Assembly (NCBI RefSeq): GCF_000485595.1
Contig: NW_014577077.1
Coordinates: forward strand, 807,106 to 827,105
Source of the DNA: Priapulus caudatus
Lineage: Eukaryota
Length of the DNA stretch: 20,000 bases
Direction of reading: 5' to 3'
The notes beneath the pieces are model-generated. The model saw nothing but the letters and a program-made list of their open reading frames with translations. It did not search any database and was not told where the DNA came from. The translations under genes were made by a program, and so were the position numbers. Position 1 is the first letter of the stretch. Each line of letters opens with the position of its first letter. Shown piece after piece: positions 10,301 to 18,960 of the stretch.

Positions 10301-13300
10301 TGTTAGTAATAGGCGCGTTCACACTGGCGCGAATAAGCGGGATGCAAATCCCGGTTTTTGCATCGCGATCGAAATACCGAGATTATTACAAGTGAAACGC
10401 AATAATACTCACTAATAATCGCGATCAGCATCGCGCTCCAAATCGCATTTTTGACTGGCGATTATTTGGAATTAGCGCGGATTATTATGCGTGTGTGAAC
10501 GCTCGCGCAAATAATCCCGGTATTTCTATCCCATCATTCCAAGCGAGTGAGCAGTGAGCATGCGCAGTGAGCATCATTCCGGCAGTGAGCATGCGCAGTT
10601 CGATTAATAGAATTATCCCGCTCGGCGATTAGCGAGATATTTCCACCTGTGTGAACACGACACAATTATCTCGGTATTTCATCGCGATTAGCATCGCGGT
10701 TTTTCTTGTGTGTGAACGCGCCTAATATTTGTAGTGTTAGTTAACTTAATGTAATGTTATGAAATAAATTTCATGCAACTTTTAATTACTATTATTATAT
10801 CGTCATTGATCCAGCATCATTTACCAATTACCAATATTTTATTCTCTTCATATAATGAGTGAAAATGCGAATGCCATGTCTGCTGTCACTGCAATACGTA
10901 CAAAATGTACATGATTAGGCTATTTCCATGCGGACAACCAAAACCTTGAGGGACACCCATATGCTACTCTCTTGTGTGTCCTCCGACAACCAAAAAAACT
11001 TTAAAATGAGCACTGTTAAGTGTATGTCAAAGCCATAAAAATATATAGTAAGCAATCAGTTACGTATATATCAGAGATGAGAACAGCAAGAAGGAAAAAG
11101 AGGAAAAGATAACGAAGGACAAGTACGAGGCGGCATAGCGCCAAGGTGGGAGGTGCGGGAGGGGTGCCCCCTCCCCAAGGGATCCCCAGAATTTTTTTGA
11201 GAAAAATGGACTCTGTAACGGATCTTTAGGCCATGTGGAGATACATACTAGCACAATTTAGGTATTTGCAAAAGCCATATAATATTATTTTAACAACAGA
11301 TTTGAGGCTTCCCATGACCTTTTTGTTGCTAATGGCCCTGTCACACATTGACGATTTAGACCTCGTATGCCGACGTATCAAAATTCTCTAAAACGCTGGC
11401 ATACGCTGAACTATCGATGTTTTTTTTCAATTTTGGGCGTATACATAGCGTATTCATAACGAGTTGGACGTATACTTAACGTATTAGTAACGTATATAGA
11501 ACGTTTCGATAACTTATAAGATAACTTATACCAACGAATGCTTAGCGTGTTGCCGGCGTTCACAGCTTATGCCCAACGATAGTCTAACTTGTGCATAGCG
11601 CGCGGCAGCGTATCGCCGACGATCACGTGTCGTAGCTTATAAAAAGGCTGCCGCTCGACGTTCAAATCATAACCGCACTACATCACAGTATCAACATCAC
11701 CGTCGCAGTATCAACATGCCAATACTATTTTTATATACGCAATTCCTTAAACGCTGGCAATACGCCATATACGGTAGCTGTACGTTAGAAACACGTTCAG
11801 TAAGTTCTGGGTCGTCCGGAACACGTCAAATACGTCTACATACGTCAATATGCGTTGGAGATAAGTTACACATAGGTTCAAAGCACGTTACTCATAAGTT
11901 AGAAATAAGTTTTGGGTACGCTAGACATTATTTCTATTCGTATTTCGACTTATAGTAAACTTACAAGTAACGTGTGTGAACGTGTGTCAAGATCTCATAA
12001 CTTACCTACAATTATGGCCCACGTATGCGGGACGTATGGGCATACGCTGGCATACGTCGGAAAATTTTGAGCATGCTCAAATTTTTAGACAACCTCGCCG
12101 TACTACGACGTATACCAGCGTGCTTCAGCGTGCTTCAGCGTGCTCTTAACTTATACAAAGCTTACCCATAACTTATTCGACGTAGCCAGCTGTATTCACA
12201 CCAAATTTTTGATACGTCCGGCATACGCTGGCTAAATCGTCAATGTGTGACAGGGCCATAATCTAGCAACTGTACATAATGGCTAACAATATACATTAAA
12301 CTGGTAGAAAACAAGTATAACATTTCTTTCAAGCATGAATAATAAAAATATAAAATTGTCATGCGATGTAAAAATTTACTCAAACCATGTTAAAAGTTCA
12401 CAGGCAGTACACTAATGTTTACCTGTCTAGCAGTTTAACAAATGAAACATACAACTGGCAGAATTGGTTGGTGCTGAAGTCAAAACAAATATTAATGATA
12501 TTATATTGGATTGATTGGAATAGCCATTTGAAACAGAAATAGTCATCAACCCCAGGGGAAAAAAAATATTCCCCTTTTTTCTTTTTCTTTTTTTCCCCAC
12601 CGGATTTGCACGATTCACGCGGCTGTCAAATCGGCAGAATTCCTCCGATCGGCGGACAATTCTCATCCCTGATATATATATATTTCTATGGCTGAAACAC
12701 ACCGAGACGTTCTTAGTGTGTTCTAGACTGACCTGTAATTGACAGCTCCACTCACATGCGCGCCATACACAGTGCTACAGTACGTGCACAGTAACGACAC
12801 TCACCAGTCAATCAGCACTCTTTGTTTCGCGGTAACAATCTTGACAGCAATACAAGCGCACCACGTATATTTACCCAGATTTCTACGACAGCCGAGGATA
12901 TTTTTGTGATACTGAGAAAGAGTTCATAAAGTAAAAGAGCGAAATTCAATTTAAAAGTAATTACATGTGCTTTATTAAATAGTTTAGCTTGCCTTATTCA
13001 ATGTTTAACATCTGTATCGTTTGTATCGCGATGCAGACGCTGTGTATCGATCATCGTATCGTGGTGCGCTGGATCGTGATTCACCAAATGTATCGGTGAA
13101 TCGTCACACCCCTAATGCACGCCTTCATAATATCTGCTCCCGTGTTCAGATGCACACACGCTTGATTTTCCAAAGCCAGGGCCATAATAAAAATATTGCT
13201 TGTTTGCCCTCACCCGACCGACCCGCCAAAAAGGAGCCGACTCAAAAAATTTCATTGATTTTTCCCATTCTTTTTTTTTTACAAATTGTATCACTGTGCA

Positions 13301-16033
13301 TTATATAAATCTGTAGGCAATACATTATATCAGGAGTAGATGAAGAGGAGTATGACTGGCTAAGAACAAGAGAAATTCAACATATTTATACTCGTATTTA
13401 CCTATGATTGATTTAGTGAAATCCAATAAAAATTACATCATCACTAGCGCTGAACATCCAAAATCTCATCACACTTTACTGTGTATCGATACCTCTTCTT
13501 ATTATGTAGTTATAGCTTCGAACGTCAGACGTGGTTTCAGTCATAAATACCACTAAGCGACTATCGTTTACAGCCGATATAAAACAATAGCCAGCTTGCT
13601 CTCGTTGGCGGGGTTCGCCGGGGATTTGCAACTCAGTACTGTAGCTCGTAGACTGGTACTCGTTCGCCACCTTCACTCCGGCATGCGTCTATCCTTCCCT
13701 ACACTGACGTTAGTGTAGCGTGTTGAAATGTCGACCGGGACCAGTCTATGTAGCTCGTAGCCCGGCGCCTTTGTATATGTACCATACCAGCCGTGCCGCG
13801 GGTTAGATCCAGTTCGGAGCTGCTTGCGAGTTGCAAATCCCCGGCGAACCCCGCCAACGAGAGCAAGCTGGCTATTGTTTTATATCGGCTGTAAACGATA
13901 GTCGCTTAGTGGTATTTATGACTGAAACCACGTATGACATTCGAAGCTATAACTACATAATAAGAAGAGGTATCGATACACAGTAAAGTGTGATGAGATT
14001 TTGGATGTTCAGCGCTAGTGATGATGTAATTTTTATTGGATTTCACTAAATCAATCATAGGTAGAATACGAGTATAAATATGTTGAATTTCTCTTGTTCT
14101 TAGCCAGTCATACTCCTCTTCATCTACTCCTGATTATATGTACCCAAGCAAAACAAAACTCAACATAAAGGTATCTCCACACAAGCACACCCTAGCTGTA
14201 GACACCATGCTGATTTTTGTAAAAAGACCCGCCTAAAAAAGAAGCCTACCTACCTAACAAACTTTTCAGCTGGGTCGGGTGAGGGCAAACAAAGATTTTT
14301 AATTGTGGCCCAGCCACACGGGCAGATTTAATGTAAGACACAGCTACGCATGTTTGGGCAAGAACACTTACCGATCCTCGAATAGCTCCTTCCTTCTGGA
14401 ATATGCGCTGTGAATCATATCGTCTGTCATCTGATCTTGACCGTGATCTGCCCTAGCAACAAGAACCAATGCTATTTATGCAGTGTTCTACCAGGTAGCA
14501 TAACATTTGGATTTTTTTAGCCAAATTAATTTTCTTTGACAAAATGTATGTCTTGGAAATACTACGTAAAGGTGGTATATCCTCCTTCGCACTTAATTTA
14601 GCGGATCGACTATACCACGTGCATATGCCTTAGTAATAGTATACAGTATAGTCAGTCATATGTGCCTATTATACTAGGATCGTGGCAGATCCGTAGAGTA
14701 TGTGATTTACCAATTCCAAAAAGCTAAAGAGAAATTCCCCTTTTTAATATATGAAATGTTGAAGAGAATAACAACCGTATTATATAGCTTAGCAGTGTTC
14801 GAAATAGGCTATCCGTTTGTTCTCACTTGTCCATTTCCATAGAGGACAATAGATCTGTCCAGTAGCTTGTCCGCTGGACAAGCAGCTTTTATAGTACTTT
14901 TTAGAGCAACTTTTCCATTCAATCATTTTCTACAATCGCTTCAAGGCGGTTCACTCGGCGAGGCGGTGGCTCGCTGGCGAGATTTGGACATCGACTCAAC
15001 ACCTTGCGAGATAACCTTGATCCGGCACACAGCCAGAGCACATAAATCACCGAGCACGGTCTACTTCGACATTCCATTGGTCAGCCCATTTTGAATTGAA
15101 TGCTACGCCACGTAGTGGCCGTCGTCTGTCGTTGATGCTGCAATGGAGATTGTTAGAAACCATGTGATTACTCTGCTTTTAATTGCAATATTCGTCGCCA
15201 TAAATACACGGACTAAGTTTTTTAGTTCCAGAAAGTACCCAAAAAGGTTATTAGTAAATTTATTACATAAGTGATATAAAATATTACGTATATACTGTTT
15301 TTTTACTATTAGTATTATGCACTGGTGAGTTGTTTGCAACACAGAACAGCTGAACATTACAGATGTATATCTGCCTTTCTCTATGGCAGGGAAGCTTATT
15401 TGTACAATGTACATGTACAAGCCATAATCGTGTATATTAATTACTATATAACTATATGTATATACTATATATAAAATATACTTGTATACTGTTTTTATTA
15501 CTATGTGACTGGCGAGTTGTTTGTCAACACAGAACAGCTGTTAGTGTTAGTGTTAGGCTGCCTTTCCTATTCAAGCGAAGCTTATTTGAAAAACCATGAT
15601 ATAAATTATAATTAAACAAGTGCAATAGGCACAAGGATTCTAATTGCCTTCCTTGTTACCAGGCAGATAGTCAAACAGTTCTAGACATCATGTTATACTT
15701 TCTATGGTACTGGTACTGACTACTGGTAGACATAATTTCCTTTACAAAATTAATCATGTAATCTTCTTAAGGTTTTTGGGACTATTGTGGCAAACCAGCC
15801 TATGTTGCAAGTTAAGGCGCATGTCACCTGGGACCTAGGGTATTCTTCAGGCGTGAAACTGTATGCGGGAAATTGTCATGCCACTGCTTTGTTTATGTAC
15901 AGCCTGTAATCAGAACGGCAAAATTGGGCTTGTTCTAACAATCACGGAATAATGCAATGTAAATCCACCCAGTGACCAATCAGGAGTAACTGGTGTACTC
16001 GATATAAGAGAGCTTTCGCGGTTTTTTCACCAT
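7330..16033 (-). CDS. tra2: transformer-2 homolog (SR-like splicing regulator, RS1-RRM-RS2); multi-exon gene span, 5' end tentative
   Basis: Spliced translation of the six 3' exons: ..[157 protein letters not shown]. It contains Tra2 hallmarks: CLGVFGLS (RNP2), RGFAF (RNP1), [18 protein letters not shown] linker and SPRRY C-terminus. All these introns are GT-AG with consistent phases. The two 5' exons are less certain. Confidence 0.93.
7438..7502 (+). repeat. (TG/CG)n microsatellite in the last tra2 intron
   Basis: tgtgtgtgtgcgtgtgtgcgcgtgcgtgtgcg... Confidence 0.8.
7695..7762 (-). CDS. tra2: tra2 exon, RS2 domain
   Basis: ccctacag|G CGG AGC CCT...TAC TCA CCA C|gtgagt; [22 protein letters not shown]; 68 nt, phases fit both neighbours. 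Confidence 0.93.
7971..8095 (-). CDS. tra2: tra2 exon, RRM C-terminus and Tra2 linker
   Basis: ttgcag|GCA AAG...CAC ACC AG|gtacag; [35 protein letters not shown]; 125 nt. Confidence 0.96.
8347..8406 (-). CDS. tra2: tra2 exon, RRM RNP1
   Basis: ttttgattccag|TCG GGC AGG...GAA GAG|gtacta; [20 protein letters not shown]; 60 nt, phase 0/0. Confidence 0.96.
8640..8768 (-). CDS. tra2: tra2 exon, RRM RNP2
   Basis: aaacag|GAC AAT CCC...CAT GGA|gtgagt; [43 protein letters not shown]; 129 nt, phase 0/0. Confidence 0.96.
9312..9396 (-). CDS. tra2: tra2 exon, end of RS1 domain
   Basis: ctctgttattgcag|C TGT TCT CGC...GGC AGC AGG|gtacgt; [27 protein letters not shown], matching the Tra2 SPMSxRRRHxGxR motif. 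Confidence 0.93.
9731..10135. mobile_element. PIF/Harbinger-like MITE, copy 1
   Basis: AAT|AGGCGCGTTCACA ... TGTGAACACGCCT|AAT; internal TGTGAAC and ATCGCGAT repeats. Confidence 0.88.
10311..10723. mobile_element. PIF/Harbinger-like MITE, copy 2
   Basis: AAT|AGGCGCGTTCACAC ... GTGTGAACGCGCCT|AAT; closely similar to 9731-10135, same orientation. Confidence 0.9.
11072..12671. mobile_element. hAT-like non-autonomous element, nested
   Basis: TIR CAGAGATGAGAA / TTCTCATCCCTG; flanks gtatatat / atatatat (8-bp TSD, 1 mismatch); GC-rich GGGAGGGGTGCCCCCTCCC motif inside. Confidence 0.78.
11333..12258. mobile_element. 926-bp PIF/Harbinger-like non-autonomous element
   Basis: TAA|TGGCCCTGTCACACATTGACGATTTAG ... 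CTAAATCGTCAATGTGTGACAGGGCCA|TAA; TIR extends imperfectly to ~50 bp; internal palindrome AATTTTGAGCATGCTCAAATTT. Confidence 0.92.
13331..14132. mobile_element. foldback element with ~304-bp TIRs and 7-bp TSD (P/Galileo-like)
   Basis: Arms 13331-13634 and 13828-14132 are inverted copies (by eye 2 substitutions, 1 indel); ATTATAT|CAGGAG...CTCCTG|ATTATAT. Confidence 0.92.
13649..13748. mobile_element. 100-bp TAG..CTA MITE (AcademH-like), copy B, 9-bp TSD
   Basis: TGTAGCTCG|TAGACTGGT ... ACCAGTCTA|TGTAGCTCG; homologous to the reverse complement of 1726-1826. Confidence 0.88.
14372..14452 (-). CDS. tra2: probable tra2 exon, RS1 N-terminal part (frame unreliable)
   Basis: ttcttgttgctag|GGC AGA TCA CGG TCA AGA TCA GAT GAC AGA CGA TAT GAT TCA...|gtaagt; [14 protein letters not shown], then RS-like codons in shifted frames; strong splice signals on both sides. 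Confidence 0.7.
14793..14885. mobile_element. possible hAT-like left-end remnant
   Basis: CAGTGTTCGAAATA followed by TTGTCC/GGACAA subterminal-type repeats; no right end found. Confidence 0.3.
15275..15610 (+). repeat. diverged tandem duplication, period ~190 bp
   Basis: Both units share TATACTGTTTTT, ACTGGYGAGTTGTTTG, CAACACAGAACAGCTG, CTGCCTTTC and GAAGCTTATTTG in the same order. Confidence 0.8.
16031..16033 (-). CDS. tra2: possible tra2 start codon in an ATG-only first coding exon
   Basis: gccaagATG|gtgaaa: good Kozak-like context followed directly by GT; a phase-0 join gives [12 protein letters not shown]. The donor is weak, so this is tentative. Confidence 0.4.
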
Positions 16034-18231
16034 CTTGGCTTTCTGTTCATGTGTTACTCATTCCTACCGCTGCCTTAAGCGCGCTCCTATACTGGTACTA
16101 CGTTCTTATTGTGTACGAATCTACATATCTCATGAGACCGATCCTGCGCGTATTCGTAGTGTATTAAAGTTTCATGTATTTGATGATTAAACACATTGGT
16201 TGAATTTGTATTTGTCTGTCTTCCTCGTTCACACCACATCATGCGACGAATCAGTCGAGTTCACAATCCAGCGATCGAATCTTAGACCAGTGGTAATAGC
16301 CGGAGGAGTTGACGGCGACACCTCACAAGGGGGATCACGCAAGGGAAAATGCAATGGAGAAGGAACGTTACACTATCGAAATGACAAAACATCATTTTGA
16401 TAACTAGTTTCTGAGAAATGCTTTATTATACATTGATTATGGGAACAATATATAGAAGATGTTTACGTCATCATTATCAATGGCGTGTATGCAAGTATAA
16501 CGCGGAGCTCGTATTAGGCACGTGATCGTATAAGCTATTACGGGTTCGTTACAGTCAGATACGTGTGCAAAGCCCTGAAGCCAAATGAACGTTGTAGCCA
16601 CACAATACAATAACCAGAGACTACACAACACTGCATAGCTATCAACTCAAGCAAACACCAGGTACAAGCAATGCATATCTTACAACAGTGTAGTGCCCAG
16701 GAGCAGCTAGGTAGCAGCAGAAGTAACACAAGTGACTCGCGCGTTGACAGGAGTGATGTAGGATGTGCTGTCGTCTGCGGCACATTCCTATGGATGGATG
16801 ATCGCTCGTGAAGTGTGGGAATCTGTGGTTGTCCTCCAATGTGGTCATTAGTATCAACAGCGAACGTATTCATTTCATGTTTATATACTCATTTCACATT
16901 CCATATTTCATACTCATATATACATGATATATATATATATATATTTATTTATATTTTATAATACAAGCTCATTGAAAATATATGTATAACTTTTGAATCT
17001 CCACCGTCATACTAACTACTACAACTCGTGTACAATGTGATTAATTAATCCAAGGCAATGCTTGGGTGAAATGTAATGCTACGTCACAATAAAAATTACT
17101 AAATAGGTAATTGAAAAGAAAACGTTTGTGCACATTGTTAGAAAGCAAAATGGGATAGGAAATAAGAAAGCGTTTTTCTTCTTTTTTTGTTTGTTTACAA
17201 CATTATCGTTAACCGATATTGCATCCCGGATGGAGATACTCAACACCTCGAGCTGTTAATAGTAATCATGCCCATGAGTCACATTTGGTGTCATCGTCTG
17301 CAAATGCGAATATGACGGGAGGTGGCGAAGGTGGCAGGCCGCCTCCGGGAACGTATCCGATGGCTGGCCGCGGTTCCTTGCAAGTTGGGCCAACTCCCAA
17401 ACAGAGCTTCAAGAGCTATTCGTCATACTCGGCGATGTCGGGGAAAGAGGTTGTTTTAGCTGGGAAAAAAAATTTGTTCTGAATTAACACACTTTTATCA
17501 TAAAGCTGATACCTATACCTGAGATACCGTCTGCATTATTATTTCAAGTTTGAAACACGAGAACTTCTGCAAGAGAAAGCCAAATGCAATAGGAAGGCTC
17601 AGGCAGTATTGCATGAATATATAACTAGCAGATGGGTGTCATTTCATGAGAGCCAGACAATTTAGCTAGTAATACATAGTAGGTTATGGTAGGGTATTTG
17701 CGGCGAACAACCAAGAGTCAACAGTTAGATGTAAAACGATTTTAAACACGAAATACTGCATGGTCGGCGACAGGGTATCGAGTGTGGCAGCCGAGTTGAG
17801 ACGTTTACAAACGTCACCGAATCATGCATCCTACACCGGTGCGCTGACTTTTAAATAATACACATGATCTATTGAAGTGTTGTTACAGAAGGTACAGAAT
17901 CTGACGATTGACAATGGTGAAAATTATGATCAGCTTTTGATCATTAGTTATGGTCACTATTTTGTTGGTCTCTTCTTGAATGTTTAGTTTATATTAAGTA
18001 TAATTAGATTAGATTTTGAATTATTAAGCCTTGTATTTCAAATATCACATAGTTACATACGTCACAACACAAGCAATGCTCGTAGGGTCTATGTTTGACC
18101 TGGCTCGTTTAGCTATTTCTGACTAACCCTAACGCTATATTATATACTTATAAAAGAGATTAGCAAAGCAGAGTTATAACGTCTGCATTTGCGGACTAAG
18201 TACACAGTAGTCAGTACTTAGTTAGGCTCAA

Positions 18232-18396
18232 GGGGTCGTTGTCGTATGAGGTACTACAGAAGTGTACCCTACCCTAACAATAACCCTAACCCTAAACATA
18301 CCTCATATAAAAATATAAACAATACTAAACAACCTAAAAGTAAAACTACCTCGGGTACATATCTGTAGTACCTGATAGTGATACGACAACGACCCC
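18232..18396. mobile_element. 165-bp hairpin MITE with (CCTAAC)n core
   Basis: GGGGTCGTTGTCGTAT..AGGTACTACAGA..TGTACCC / GGGTACA..TCTGTAGTACCT..ATACGACAACGACCCC. Confidence 0.85.
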
Positions 18397-18417
18397 ATCT
18401 GCTACACTTAAGCTGAG

Positions 18418-18610
18418 AGGGTCTATGTCCCCCGGGGTACTGCCGGAACGTACCCTGGTACTATCTAATATGCCAGACCGTACTCGTGCCTACTCCACTA
18501 ACGAGTCTAGGGAGTCGCCTACTCCTAACCTAATCCTAATCCTAACCATATCAAATAGTGACCAGGGTACGTTCCGGCAGTACCCTGGGGGACATAGTCA
18601 CATAGACCCT
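18418..18610. mobile_element. 193-bp hairpin MITE with (CCTAAY)n core
   Basis: AGGGTCTATGTCCCCCGGGGTACTGCCGGAACGTACCCTGGT / ACCAGGGTACGTTCCGGCAGTACCCTGGGGGACATAG..CATAGACCCT; followed by (TATGAG)n. Confidence 0.87.
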
Positions 18611-18935
18611 ATGAGTATGAGTATGAGTATGAGCTACACTTAGAGCCTACCTTAGCTATCACTGTATCAGTCTATCCATCACATCAGTATACAGCAACTG
18701 CCGTACACTATAGTCACTACAACTACAAGTACAACTTCCCGTCACTATATCATAGTATTACTATTAGTAATGTAAATAACCCGACAAGATTGTATTGCTG
18801 CAAGATGACAGATTCGACATAACAGCTAGTATAATATTAACACGGCTACCGATAGTCCGCAATGCAGACGTAAACGTCCGCTTTGCTAATCTGAGGGTGC
18901 GCGGTTTATCCCACCCATTACTGGGTCTGCGTCGG

Positions 18936-18960
18936 NNNNNNNNNNNNNNNNNNNNNNNNN
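18936..18960. other. assembly gap (25 N)
   Basis: Run of N. Confidence 0.99.

Larger units (their letters stand above)
9611..11015. mobile_element. CAG..CTG element with 5-bp TSD (hAT5-like), nested
   Basis: TTAAG|CAGGGCTCAATTTTAA ... TTAAAATGAGCACTG|TTAAG; subterminal GTCGTCC/GTTGTCC at the left and GACAACC at the right. Confidence 0.85.
9452..13114. mobile_element. hAT-like non-autonomous element (outer shell of nest 1)
   Basis: TIR TAGAGGTGTAACGAT / ATCGTCACACCCCTA; subterminal CGATAC repeats at the left and GTATCG at the right; flanks acgtgcac / atgcac suggest a damaged 8-bp TSD. Confidence 0.75.
13180..14310. mobile_element. GGCC-ended element with 3-bp TSD (Zator-like), outer shell of nest 2
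   Basis: CAG|GGCCATAATAAAAAT..TTGTTTGCCCTCACCCGACC ... GGTCGGGTGAGGGCAAACAA..ATTTTTAATTGTGGCC|CAG; the superfamily label is inferred from GG termini and TSD length only. Confidence 0.8.
18157..18892. mobile_element. TIR element with ~40-bp imperfect TIRs, containing two MITEs
   Basis: AGATTAGCAAAGCAGAGTTATAACGTCTGCATTTGCGGACTA / TAGTCCGCAATGCAGACGTAAACGTCCGCTTTGCTAATCT; TSD not evident. Confidence 0.65.

Noticed and set aside
9806..13676. Numerous 60-95 aa ORFs within the intronic nests as possible transposases
   Set aside because: All lie in short non-autonomous elements, with no DDE, THAP or zinc-finger motif visible
18277..18296. CCCTAA repeats suggesting a telomere
   Set aside because: Only a few degenerate units, enclosed within MITE arms
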